The notes: generated from the letters alone by a model not told the origin. A DNA stretch of 64,000 bases from Camelus ferus (GCF_009834535.1 NC_045698.1:13580001-13644000); one strand, 5' to 3'; counted from the first letter of the stretch, positions 49,718-62,744 are shown. A program made the numbers and translations.

Positions 49718-51166
49718 GCACACTAAAGGGTGAAGTGAGACCATGACATATTAAAACGACATAAACTAAAAGGTCAGTAGGGTACACTAAGAATAAAATA
49801 CTGTGAACTCATTTAATCACTTCAACCCAGAATTATTCCAAAGGTGATTCTGTACAAAAATAAATCAACAAATAAATCATTATAACTAAACAGATCCTTT
49901 AATGCCTCAACAAGTGATTTAAGCACTAATGGTAGTCATTATTTAAATAAATATGAACCAAAGCTTATTAGCACACATGAAAGGAAACTGAATGATATTG
50001 GGAAAGAAAAATATGTTTATACATACATTATTTTACCCAGAGAAAATTTACTGGGAAAGAAAAATATTAAAATGTGCAGGGTGGAAATGCAGTGGAAAAC
50101 AGGATTAATGGTATTTAAAAATCAAGGGTAAACGAGAGAAGGGGCATAAATGGCATCAAATTCTCAAAGGCTACTGTAATTTTACAGCAAAAGGAAATAA
50201 TGAACTATAAAGCAAGGGATTTACAAGAAGGAATCCTTTTCATTGATCTATTTCATTTTAATTCCAGAAAGAACCTTTTTGATCTTTTTTATATTCTTCT
50301 TTGTGAAATATTTAACTGCACCCTGAGATATAAAGCTGCCGTTCCAGAGGAGTCAGAATGAAGCACAGTTCTGCTAGAGAAGTATCAGAGAGCAGTGGTG
50401 TTTGCTCTCTCTGTCTATTCCTTTTCTCCTTCCCCGCCTCCTTTCCTTTCTTTTCTTCTCATGATTGCTTCTTTACCTTTGAAATTCTTCAGTAAGACAT
50501 GCCATTATTTTTCCAGCTATTAAGATGTGGGTTATGTGTTCCCTTTTCTATTACAGCATTTAATTGGTGATTAAATGATAATGTAAGCTTTTTATATTCA
50601 ATCAAATTACAGAAGACAATCACTTTGATTATACTCAAACAATGTTGAATTGAAAGATAATTGATTTAACAAGTAAGTATAGTCATTTGAATTGCAAAAA
50701 AAGACAAGAAAAAACATATAAAATTTTGACTCTGTAAAGATAATTTACTATGAATTCTGTAGGCTTTTATTTTCATGTCCTCCATATTCAGACATCTAAG
50801 AAAGTAAATTGAACAGTGGCTTTGTTATGTAGGTAATAAAATTGTTTGTTTCATGGGACATACTTAGTTTAAAACTCAGTTCCAGCCATATAATTTATTC
50901 TATACATATACCTAATTCATTGAATGAGATTGTCTTAGGTCTTATGATTAAAAATGAACTCATGAATAATTCTGTAAAGGTAAGAAATAACCCATATTGA
51001 TGTATTTAAACATTTTTTTTCCTACAGGCTAATAAAGCAGGATTCAGAAATATCTCATACAATATACCCAAATATCTATCCATTTAACTTGTTCCGCATA
51101 CTCCTGAATTTTTCCATGTTTAATAAATAATACCCCTAATTAACCATAAAGTAAGGTATCATTTTT

Positions 51167-51981
51167 TAACTAAAGTTTAGTTGATTTACAATTTTGTATT
51201 AGTTTCAGATGTAAACACAGGAGAATGATTCAGTTATACATATACATGTATTTTTTTTCTCAATTTTTCCTTTAAGGTTTAGTACAGGATATTGAATATA
51301 GTTCCCTGCACTATACAGTAAATCCTTGTTGTTTACCTATTTTACATATGGTAGTGTTTATCTGTTAATCCCTTACTTCCAATTTATCCCTCCCTGCTTT
51401 CCTCTTTGGTAGCCATAAGTTTATTTTTTTATGTCTGTGAGTCTGTTTCTATTTTATTAGTCCATTTGTACTATTTTTTAGATTCCACATATAACTGACT
51501 CACCTAACATTTGTCTTTCTCTGATTTACTTCACTTAATATAATAATCTTTAGGTCCATTCATGTTGCTGTAAATGGCATTATTTTATTGTTTTTTTATG
51601 GCTAAGTAATATTCCACTGTGCATGTGTATATATAAATATATTTTCTTTATCCATTGATCTATTGATGGACACTTAGGTTGATTCTATGTTTTGGCTATT
51701 GTAAATATTACCACTATGAGCATTGGGGTGCATGCATCTTTTCAAATTAGAGCTTTTATCTTTTCTGGATATATGCCCAGGAGTGGGATTGCTGGATCAT
51801 ATGGTAACTCTAGCTTCAGTTTTTTAAGGAACTGTTATACTGTCCTTCATAGTGGCTGCACCAATTTACATTCCCACCAACAGTGTAGTAAGGTTCATTT
51901 TTCTTCACACCCTTTCCAGAACTTATTATTTACAGACTTTTTGATAATGGCCATTCTGACAGGTGTCAGATGATACTTCAC
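51167..51981 (-). mobile_element. 5'-truncated artiodactyl/camelid-type L1 (~815 bp) inserted in L2
   Basis: gatattgaatatagttccctgcactatacagta; tatatgcccaggagtgggattgctggatcatatggtaactc; ccaatttacattcccaccaacagtgta. TSD aaggtatcattttt (51153-51166) / aagataccattttt (51982-51995). Confidence 0.93.
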
Positions 51982-51995
51982 AAGATACCATTTTT

Positions 51996-52640
51996 ATTCT
52001 CTCTCTCCTTCCCAACTCACATCCTATCAAAATATGCAGATCAAGTTTTATCAAAGTGTATCCAGTCCCCACCCAGTTCTCTCAGTCTCCATTATCTCTA
52101 GCATACTCCAAGCCACTGACCTAATCTATCTGCTCAGGTAAAACTTTCTCATTGGCCAGTGCATTTCCCATCTTAGTCATATACAATCCATTCTCTATGT
52201 TTGGCATGTATGAACTTTTAAAATTAATCATCTACTCATGATACATCTCTTCTAGATATATTTTGATTGTCCACATAACATAGCCAAAGCCCTTCATATT
52301 ACTTAAGGTTTCTTACAAGGTAATACTTGGACTGACCCTTGCTTAATTCTCCAGGCTGACTTTTGTTTCTCTTGAAAAATTCCCAACATTTGATTGAAGG
52401 TTGAGTGTTCCACAAGAGTATGAGAGACCAAAGTATTATGTACATTGTTGACTTGAAGTTACATACACTATCTCCAGTGAATGTCCAAATCAATATATGT
52501 ATTTTTAAAATTCTTGCCATTTACTCATAAGCAAACTAATGTCTAATGAAAATTCTTTGCATTAAATGCCTGAAAATAAGAGAGGAGATAATTTGTCAAA
52601 GATGATATACTTATGCTCAATAAATATTTGAAATTATTCT
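51996..52640 (+). mobile_element. L2 3' region
   Basis: Ends tatgctcaataaatatttgaa (L2 tail); the upstream part lies at ~51040-51150. Confidence 0.65.
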
Positions 52641-52699
52641 CAACCACCTTTAACATTAAAAATGTAGATTAATACATAGAGAAAGCATTTAAAGTGAAG

Positions 52700-53340
52700 A
52701 TACTAGTGAAATTTTAAAAAGCAGCTGGAGTGCACTGTTGGGAAGACATTAGCAGCAGGATCAGAAGTACTCCTCATTGTGGAGAAGAATATGAATTAAT
52801 ACCAATTTTTAAAACTAGTTGACTTGTATCCCATAAATATTAATTGCATATGTTTAATACCAGCAATTTCCTTTAGAAATGTTGATTTGATAGAAAATAG
52901 AGCATGGAATATACGTATAAATACAGTCAATGCAGCTACAATAGCCAATCTGTGCAAAAAGCTTATGTTTTGGCTATTGTAAATAGTACCACTATGAACA
53001 TTGAGGTGCATATATCTCTTTGAATTAGAGCTTATATCTATTAATCTATTAACCTATGTATTAACCTAAAAAAGTTCTATGATAAATCTGGAGGGAATTA
53101 AAGCAAAGTGCCAACCAGTATCAATAATGAGATCACATTTTGGTATGAAAATGCATAAAACTTCTTGTGAAATATGATTCACATTTTGCATGGAAGCTAT
53201 TTCTCTGCAAATGAACATGTAACCTGACAGATTAATAAACATAGAGATGAGTCAGGGAGAGTGGTTATTAACAGTATGTGACAGTTTACTGAGTACATTG
53301 GAAAGGTAGCTGTCTTTTCTTTTAGCATTTTTGATCCATA
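52700..53340 (+). mobile_element. Ancient L1ME 3' fragment
   Basis: actcctcattgtggagaagaatatgaattaataccaattttt; ccagcaatttcctttagaaat; tgcagctacaatagccaa. Confidence 0.6.
52965..53038 (-). mobile_element. 74-bp internal L1 ORF2 patch
   Basis: atgttttggctattgtaaatagtaccactatgaacattgaggtgcat... is 65/74 identical by manual alignment to 51687-51760. Confidence 0.85.
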
Positions 53341-53366
53341 TTTTCATTTAAAAAAAGGATGTCAGA

Positions 53367-53792
53367 ACTAGAGATTGTCATTCTAAGTGAAGTAAGCCTG
53401 AAAGAGAAATACCACATATCACTTATATGTGGAATCTAAAAAAAAAAAAAAAAAAAAAAGACAAATGAACTTATTTACAAAACAGAAACAGACTCACAGA
53501 CAGAAAACAAACTTATGGTTACCAGGGGGGAAAGGGGATGGGAAGGGATAAGTTGGGAGTTTGAGATTTTCAGATACTAACTAATATATATAAAATAAAT
53601 AAACAAGTTCATACTGTATAGCTCAAGGAAATATATTCAATATCTTGTAGTAATTTATGGTGAAAAAGAATATGAAAACTAATATAAATATATGTTCCTG
53701 TATGACTGAAGCATTGCGCTGTACAACAGAAATTGACATAACATTGTAAACTGACTATACTTCAATTAAAAAATTATATAGAGAGATATACA
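53367..53792 (+). mobile_element. 5'-truncated camelid-type L1 3' end
   Basis: gtcattctaagtgaagtaagcc...tgtggaatct(A)n gacaaatgaacttatttacaaaacagaaacagactcacagac...aactgactatacttcaattaaaa. Degenerate TSD taaaaaaaggatgtcaga (53349-53366) / taaaaaagggatattgga (53793-53810). Confidence 0.92.
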
Positions 53793-55030
53793 TAAAAAAG
53801 GGATATTGGAAAGATGACCTATCAGATGACAGTATCTCTTTTAAGCATTTGATTCTTATGGAAGAGAGATGAGTGTAGACCCTGTCCAGAACAAAGTACT
53901 CATTCATGCAGCACATTTCCAGAGACAGCTAGAAAAAAGAAGAGAATGTCATTTTAATCATTGTCTCCACTCTCATTAGAGCCCAAGATGGTCTTACCCC
54001 AGTGTCTGGCCCATTGGTTAGAATGTGTAGAATGCAGAGTTCATCTGGCTCCATGCACTAAAGCACCTAAGGTCACTTCTGCAGCATGACCTTCTCCACG
54101 GCCTCTTTACTAATCACCCTTAATGACAGATGGAGACTAATTTGCATCCTTTTGACTCTCGGCTGAACTTGTAACCTGAGTGAGTATGGCATGACCCCTG
54201 TGTAGAGTCTCAAGGAATATTTGTTTGCATATTTTTCTGTAACTAATTAGGTGATCATTATCTGGAAAGTTTTTAGAAATTTTGAAACAAGGATTTTATT
54301 CTAATTTTCACCACTTGCCATCTTTTCTAATAATATTGTTAATGACTAAATATTCTAATCTATCTGTCTCTTCAAATGTTCTCCCATGAGAACGCACTAA
54401 ATTCAGAATTCTTTCCCATCTGTGGAGTTCTAGTTCGAGGATGCGCTAACACAGTAATCGCACTAATTACCTTGTCCCTTGGTGTGATTTCCCTTCGGAC
54501 TCTGCCAGTGATGAACTAATCCTCTCCTTTATTTTCCCGATTTCCCAAATCACAGATTGATTTCTACTAAATAAATTAAGCCTCTATACACTTAGGAGTT
54601 TGAGTATTACAGTTATATTGGTATCACATATGCTTAAAGGCCAAGAGTTAACAGATTACATTGTTTTGGAAACCCTGATGGTATTTCCCAACATATGTTT
54701 AGTTGATGAAGACGCCATCCTGAAACCATGGAGGAAGCTGGAGGAGAAAGTGGCCAGACCTACAATGAAATAAAAGGATATGCAAATAATTCCACTTACT
54801 ATACATTTTAATGAGGGTTTATATGAGATTGTAATGAGTTGTATGAGAATAAATGGAATCAGACTCATGAGTCAATAGTTTCCTCAGCTGATCTTAGCCC
54901 TGGAGATATTTCATAGCTGGAAAATACATTCTGAATTTGATAGTTAATTCTATTGCTTTTAGTTAGTTTTTCTCTCATTCAGTATGGTTACCTAACACAA
55001 AACAATAACTTTTATCTATTTCTCAAGCAT

Positions 55031-55068
55031 ACACACACACAGACACACACACACACACACACACACAC
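55031..55068. repeat. (CA)n microsatellite
   Basis: acacacacacagacacacac...acac. Confidence 0.95.
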
Positions 55069-57279
55069 TCAAATAGCACGCTATTTGAACACTACAGAAA
55101 AGCTGAATGGATTGTGCTTTTCAAATTATTTTAATCTAACATGTTCATATTCAGTGACAATTTCTATTACAGGTGATTTTTTGCTTCATGAATTGAATCC
55201 TGAAATAAAAGCTCAGGTAAACATAATCCCCTTTTTATTGATTCTCTCATTCACTTAATCTGGTTACATTTAATGCTCATTCAAATTATAAATGAGAACT
55301 GAAATGCAGGGCAGTCTTTTCTTGAAAAGTGAATGCCTTAGCGACTGGTCTCCCATAGAAATGGAAGGTAATATTTTAGTTTAGCATCACATAGGTTAAG
55401 TTTCAGACAGAATGTATTTCCAATCCAGCCCCCAATTATGAAATACTGCAGATACGTTCTTTATCCAAATGCTTGGTATGTGCTCAGTAAGTGCTAATTC
55501 TTTTGAAACAACGAAAATAATAATTATGTACTTTCTCTTTTAATTTGTATGTAATCATTTAAGCCGTCTTTCCAATGCCAACCTTTCAGTGCTTAGTTCT
55601 AGATTTTATGTAATATATCTCACTCAATGAAGTAAAATAATGTTTTTCAAGCAAAATTTTTGTTTCTCTATTGGGTGGGTGATAATTATTTCCTATGACT
55701 ATTCTATCAAGAAAATAGAAGTAACAAAGCAGAAACTCATTCCATTGTCCTTCCAGGAGAAGAGAGAGTAATTACTAGCCCTAGTAAGTTGCAAGTGATG
55801 TGGACCTACTCAAGCCGTGGGACAATTTGGAGGAAAATTCAACATTTTTTAATGGTGCCATTGCAAATCTTTATGTAATATATAGTGATGATTTAATTTT
55901 AAGAAGATATGGAACAAATAACTTATTAATTGTTCATGTTACGCTAATATATACAATGTACCACAAGACCACGTGGGCGTACACACCATTTAAAGCATGA
56001 TTTCATATTTGTAGCATCAATTAGAACTGAAGAATTATTCTTTGAATTTTATTTCTAGAGACTCTTACTCATAGTCTCCCTTATGAACTATATATGTTAT
56101 TTGCAAGCTGTTATTCTTTTTTAAAATTTATTATAACTTGGGAAGAAAGCAGAGATGTGAATTAATTAGAGAAAATATGTTCTCATATTACTCTAAAACA
56201 TGAAAATCCTAACTTCAGCTTATTAAATATATTTGTACAAATAAAAATGAAGTGTGAAGATGTTATTATATCTGTTCTTTGGGGTGCACAAAAGTACAAG
56301 GTTTCAAAGGCTAAACTTAATGTATTTTATTCATATTTCTGTAATTCAGAGACACTGGTTTTAAAAGCGCTTAACAAATGATCTTTTGTTCTTATTAACA
56401 ACTCAGTTTTTATAATTAATATTGACAATTTTGAAACTCTAATTTGGGTTTTAATTTAACATTAATAAAAATTAGTCATTTGGATTACCTAAATAGCATG
56501 TTTTTCTTAAAAAAAAATAAAATAAAATTTACTAAATAAAATTAAGCATAAGTTATAACCCTTTCAAACCTACTGGCCAATTCACTATGCAAAAGTCACT
56601 ACTTCTTGTCAAGGTGCCATTATAATATTATTTATTTCAAAAATAGTTAATAAGCAACTAAAATTTAGTGTTCATATAAAGCAGAAAGAGCAAACATTAT
56701 ATTATTTAACCATAGTGCACTACTTCTATAAATTAATAGCCAAAATATTAAAAAATACTTATTAGGACAAAAAACAGTTTAAAATTTTGTTCAACATCAC
56801 TTGGGTTAAGTTAAAAGGATATAAAAAACAGCAGAAGATCTGGAAAATATCAATACTGAAATTGGATAAAACTAAAATTACTCACAAAAGTGTAACCACA
56901 TATTTTAAATTTCAATTACAAATTTTAAATATAAAAACAAAACAAAAGTATCTCCAAGGGAAAAATAAATTGATATAAATATTAGGTTTATATTCTAAGT
57001 TAATTTTTAAAAAATTTTTAAGTAAGATTTGTTTTATTTAATAAATTTGCAACTGGGGAAGTTTTTCTTGATTTTTTGTTACTAATTTTCAGTTTCATTG
57101 CTTTATTGTTGAAGAATAAAATTTAAATTATTTAAAGTTCATGATTTGTGTTATGACTTAATATATGTTATTTTGTTAAATTATCAGTGTGTGTTTAAAC
57201 CTCTGTTGACCACTCATTGTATGCTTGAGATTTATTTGTGAACATAACAGAAAGCATGTGTCTATAATTTTTGCTTAGT

Positions 57280-58500
57280 TTAAATCCCTTTGTGGAGAGA
57301 TAATAAATGTATAACACATAATAAGTAGATGTATGAATATGTAAATTATGTAGTATGCTAGAAGATGATTACTATTATGAAATTTTTAAGAAGGAAATTG
57401 GGTACACAATGGGTTATTTGCAAATTTATGTCAGATGGTCAAGTTAGCCTCCTTAGAGAAGCTGATACCTGAGAGAGGACTTGGACAAGGTGAAGAAGAA
57501 AGCCAGGTAGATGTCAGAGGATAAGTTGAGGCAGTGGGAACAGCTAGTTGGAAGGCCTTAGAGAGCAGCGTTACGGGGAAAAACTAGATGCCCGTGGTAA
57601 CAGGGAACAAGTGAGTGACCAGGGGCATCAGGGTGGAATTCAGATTTAAGGCAGTTGGTAGTATAGAAAATTTGGAGCATTAAAAGCCATTGTAAGAAAT
57701 TTAGTTTTTACTCTGATTAAAATGAGTAGTCAGAGCTGGATTTTTGAATAGATAAGTGACATGATATGACTTAGATTTCCAAATGACCACTTTATAAGGG
57801 GACAAGGAGGAAAGATAGGAGACCAGTTAGGAATCTATTGTAATTATCTAGGTGAGAATTGAAGATGTCTTACATTAGGGTGATCTCATAGTGCTGTGGT
57901 TAACGAGAAAAAGTCAGATTTCATAATAAGAATAATGTCCATGGACAGAGGCACATTTCTAGGAGATCAAAACTGAATATTGTTCTAATTTGCTCAGGCT
58001 GTTCAATAGGGATGAACTTTGACAAACCTTCCAGATGAGCCTGAGCAGTGACCAGGCACTTTGAACAAATCCTCAATGGACCCTAGAAACAGTCTTCCCT
58101 GACCAAAGCACGATGGGACTTATTTGAACTAAGCATATAGAGATTCTGATGCATTTTCCACTCTATCCAAACTGCAAAATTTAATCTAATTAACAGATCA
58201 TGAACCTTCATCTTCCTGTTCATAAAATCCTTGGCTTTTCTCCCTTAGTGATACACTCGGTGAATCTCTTTATTCTTGTGTGTTTCCTTGCATGGCAATT
58301 AAGCAAAGTCAGTTTTAACTTTTAATTTTTCCATAAATTTATATAGTAATTTATTCATGGTTAGCTTTTATGGTTATTTATTTATAGCCATGTGAACGCA
58401 TTTTAAAGGTAATGCTAATAGAATTTCCTGATGAACTTGGACGTGAAGTGAGGGGAACAGAGGGAGATAAGATAGATTAGCCTAAGATGCTTGAAACAGA
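57280..58500 (-). mobile_element. L2 LINE, split by an LTR at ~57925-58370
   Basis: cagatggtcaagttagcctccttagagaagctgatacctgag; agccattgtaagaaatttagtttttactctg; ggagaccagttaggaatctattgtaattatctaggtgag; resumes ttttaaaggtaatgctaatagaatttcctgatgaacttgg. Confidence 0.8.
57925..58370 (+). mobile_element. Old ERV solo LTR
   Basis: cataaaatccttggcttttctccc...gtgtgtttccttgcatggcaattaagcaaag, similar in layout to the reverse complement of the LTR at 6990-7496. Inserted within L2. Confidence 0.55.
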
Positions 58501-60195
58501 AGCATATTGTAACAATTGTTTAAAATATTTCTATTTCAAGAGGGCAGCTAACCCATAAGAGTTTGGGAATATATATTAATCAGAATCAGATATAACTCTA
58601 TCAAAGCAAGTAGAGTTCAGACAAATGAATACAAGTCTTTATTAATCAAGACCACTAATGTTAATGAAAACAGCATTGTACTCCTCTTATTTATGAACTC
58701 ATCACATCCTACCTATCGATCAAAAGATCTTCCACGTGGTACATAATTCAGAGACTGAAACCATAGGCTCACAAAGACTGCTACAACAGAGTGATTAAGT
58801 GTTGGAGCTGAAAAACCAAAGGAATGCAAGCGTTCAGAGTTAGTAACTGGAGAAAGGGCATAGTATTATGTACTACATAGCTGTTATCCAAGATATATCT
58901 CTTTGACAGCCCTTAGGTAGCTCATCCCTGACATGGTCAAGAAACAACTATTGACTCATTCAGCATTTATGGCATTAAAACCAATCCAACATCTTTTAGT
59001 CCTTTCAGTCTTAGAGGTAACATATCACTCTTTACAAATTTTGTTTAAGCTCACGTATGCTTTCACTGGCAAACCACCCCACTATGAAAGGCTCTTAATT
59101 CTGCCAAAATTGCCATAATACATTTATTCCCACTAGTCTTTGCAGAGACGTCTTCATTGTACAAGGATTAGCAGTCTCCTCCCATGTATTCAGGTGTTTC
59201 TTGACCATTCATGACGGCTTTAAGTTGCCCTAGAACTTTTAGCCCAAAGCAGTGCCCTCCTGGGCACTATGTCATATGCTGTGAGAGTGACCCACATTCT
59301 ATTCTGCTGGAACAGAGATTTTCCAAGCCTTGAGGCTCTGAACCTCCATATTCAACTCATTTGGGATGTGGAATCGGTACCCTTCAAGCTGACACAACCA
59401 TCAAGTCCTCCTTGCTAAAATGTAAATTGTACCACAAAGTAGAGTCAAACCTGGCTCCTCTGCATATCCCACCTCCAGGAGGGCATGATCTCTCCGACCC
59501 TTGGTTCTTCATTGGCTGCCATGGTGCAGGTGGAGGTAAGCCTTCCCCCAGACCTTCTGGAGTCCTTTGAGATCAACTAAGTGATCAGCAACAGGAACAT
59601 GTACACAGAATGGACAGCGATGCCATAATCACATGTGATGGAGCTTGTCTCTTACCTAGATGAGGTGTCCCTGATAAATGATAGGAACCAGTGGTCAACA
59701 CAGTTCCCCAAGTAGCAGTCATCTTAGCACTGGATGACTTTTATGGACTCTTAAACCATTGCCAGTGGTCTGACTATGCGGTCAGTCTACATTAATTCCT
59801 TATCCAAGTTTGCTACCCTTGGGGTAGAGAACTCTGGAAACTCTTGCCTTACAAATACTCAAAATAAAAATCCAGCCCACACAAGTCCCTATACGTTCCA
59901 ACACAACTATCCAAGTCCTTATTGAGGCGTGACTTACCTCCTTTGGCGTTCTAGGCATTATTGATAGCTACCGAATCACTCATTTAACTTTGCAAAATAT
60001 ACCATGCTGTGCTCTTAAATAAGGCATTTGATGGAACATTCCCTTCCCATGCCAGCCTCAGGCTACAGGCTACATAGAGCACCATATTGGCTTAATTAGA
60101 CAAGTTCAAATTCAATTAAATGAAAACATGGCACATTTCAGTCTTTGCAAACGTCATGTGTTAACTTTAATAAGTTGTCTGATTGCATTATTAAT

Positions 60196-60577
60196 GTTTG
60201 AGTGTTTACAGGTTTCCAAGTCCCATGACTCTTCTTCCCCTTCTGCCTCACATCTGGACAAGTTGATAGGAAGGCCTGGGTGCTTTCTTCGGTGCTGGTG
60301 GGAAGCTCACATCACAGAAGTCATGATCCGTGTAAGAAAAGCCTTACTCTAGCCCCATCCCTCCACAAACCATATAACCCTAAGCTATCACCCTTGCTCG
60401 TTCTCTCAAGCTGTGTTAGACTGCTTGGGGACCTAGACCGCTCTTCCCAGAAAGCCTCATTATGTGAGTAATGGGTCTTTTCATAATCTCTTAATTCATG
60501 TGTGGCATCACTGGTCTCAGTACCTAAACCAGATTTTGTGGTGAGGGGTTCCCCACTTAGGCAGGGTGACCAGCGCA
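60196..60577 (+). mobile_element. ERVL solo LTR, MER54-like
   Basis: cctcacatctggacaagttgataggaaggcctgggtgctttcttcggtgctggtgggaagctca matches the recalled MER54 core; agaaagcctcattatgtgagtaat; ends gaccagcgca. Possible TSD gtttg/gtctg. Confidence 0.75.
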
Positions 60578-61792
60578 GTCTGCTAATGTCTTAGATGGAG
60601 GAAAGCGTCAAGATTACGGTCTACTTTCTGTTTCCACGTTTAACCATAAACAGACCATGTGAGGATGAGAGCATTTGTATGACATCATGCTCTGACAAAT
60701 CTTCTTAGTGAGCAGAGACATCGTTTACACCGCTTGGCAGAGGAAGAGGAAAGCTGCAGGATCTAATCTCATGGGAGTGTGCTCACAAAATATTGGCCGG
60801 CCACAGAAACTGACCCATTTGGAATAGAAGCCCAATTTTTTTTTCCCCTAGGATATCATTGATAATAAAGAAATCTGTTCCTATAGCATCATTTCTCGAG
60901 TAGAAACAATGTCTAAAATCATTGCAATGTAATCGCATGGCTTATTCCTCATGTTCATTGCTGTCTGTATCATCATGAATGAAGTACTTCTTAATGATGA
61001 CGGTTCTTGCAGCCTGAATACTGTTCATTTTGAACCACCCTTCTTATGTTACCAGTTCAGCAGTGAACCAGCTTCCCTCACAAATATGGTGCTACAGTGA
61101 CAATCAAAAATGGGGAACAATTTTGGATTGTGTTTTTTTAATATCTGAAATTACCTACTCTAAGTAAAAACAAAAATGATAGGAACTAATGAAAACTTTT
61201 ATTTGTAGTAGAAATTAAAAGCAGAATTTTAAGTAGCCGTGACATTTTTATATCTCATGGTTTATAGTGATGATTATATGTAAATCTGTAACATTTCCAA
61301 GATACTCTTTTATTTGGAAGATGATAGAGTCACTTTGAACGTGTTGGTTTTAATGAAAAATTAGCTCAGTTTTAACAGAACATTAATTGAGAAAATACCC
61401 AAATGACTTTTGGGGACATCGTCTGAACATATTCAATGAAAAAAATTCAAGGTACCTATCACAAGTTTTATTGTAGGTCACAAACAAGGCAGTGACTGTT
61501 CTGACAATATTAAGTGGAATGACATTATATTAGTGTTTAATTCATATTTGTGACATTTTTATCCTCAATGAAAAATCATATTTAAAATGGTTTGCTTTTC
61601 CCATAACAAATTTTTCATTTAATCCTTGTTAAAGTCCGGAATGTGTTTTGAATCATTCATTACTTATAGGTATATTAAACTAATAATTAATATTGACCAC
61701 AGCCTCATGAATAGGTTCAAAGTGGGCATTAGATAAAAATTCAATATTTGAAATAAACTAAAAACAAAAATGATGCTAAAAATAGAATTCAA

Positions 61793-61914
61793 GGTGGGGG
61801 TGGGAAATAGCTCAGTAGCAGAGTGCATGCTTAGCATTCAATAGGTCCTGGGTTCAATCCCCAGTACCTCCATTTAAAAAGAAAAAAAAACAAAAATTAT
61901 TCAGAGTGTTTAAA
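61793..61914 (+). mobile_element. Full-length tRNA-derived SINE (Vic-1-like)
   Basis: A box tagctcagtagc, B box gggttcaatccc, A-rich tail. 15-bp TSD aaaaatagaattcaa (61778-61792) / aaaaatagaatttaa (61915-61929). Confidence 0.92.
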
Positions 61915-62371
61915 AAAAATAGAATTTAAAACCAGAGATCCTGTGATGTCTAATGTTAGTAAGTGCTTTTACGTTTATATGGGTTTGTATTTTGCCATGT
62001 CCTATTCTGCACATTGGCCTAGTTGATACTTAAAATGCTCTAGGTAAGTAAGGTTGGAGGGTGTTAGTTTTCTAACATAATGAATGAATGCCTGGACCTC
62101 ACAGCTAATATATGGCAAGTCCAGCTGTAATAACAAGTGCATATGAATCCAAGTGAAGTCCACTTTCTTGTGGATTACACTGTATAGACTTACTTCTCCA
62201 GAGAATTAAGATGAAATTCTCTCTATGAGAATCTGTATAAAGCTATAGCAATCTCTCAGTCTCCCCTACAACAGCACAAAGCCCCGAAAAGCATGAAGTA
62301 CAAATACAACAGAAGGGTGAAATTAAACCATTTCAAAAGCACTTTAGAATTGCCCAGGAATAACTTACTTT

Positions 62372-62601
62372 CTTTTTTTTTTTTTAATTTGAGTACAGTC
62401 AGTTATTATGTGTCAGTATTTCTGGTGTACAGCATAATGTCTCAGTCATGCATATATATATACATATATTCATCTTCATATTCTTTTTCATTAAAGGTTA
62501 TTACAAGATATTGAATATAGTTCCCTGTGCTATACAGAAGAAATTTGGTTTTTGTGTATTTTTTTATATAGTGGTTAACATCTGCAAATCTCAAACTCTC
62601 A
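62372..62601 (-). mobile_element. 5'-truncated camelid-type L1 3' end
   Basis: poly(T), then gagtacagtcagtta...tttctggtgtacagcataatgtctcagtcatgca...ttacaagatattgaatatagttccctgtgctatacag...gcaaatctcaaactc. Degenerate TSD aataacttact / aatgactaact. Confidence 0.9.
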
Positions 62602-62744
62602 AATGACTAACTATATTTCTCTTGATGATCAGAATTAATTCTATGATTTAGACGATGGAGAATAAATTTTTTCATGGGCTTTGCTAGCATCGTGAAGTTT
62701 TCCACTGCAAAAGTTAGAAAACAACACAGTGATCAAGATTATGC

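Noticed and set aside
50854..50866. 13-nt match tgggacatactta to MER53/miR-1302
   Set aside because: There is no flanking MER53 sequence or hairpin. The context looks like decayed MIR, so it is probably chance.
51692..51973. 93-aa ORF ([13 protein letters not shown]...LHSHQQC)
   Set aside because: This is the familiar antisense translation of L1 ORF2 that produces spurious predicted proteins.
61793..61872. tRNA gene
   Set aside because: A and B boxes are present, but there is no proper acceptor stem, and the A-tail and TSD show it is a SINE.
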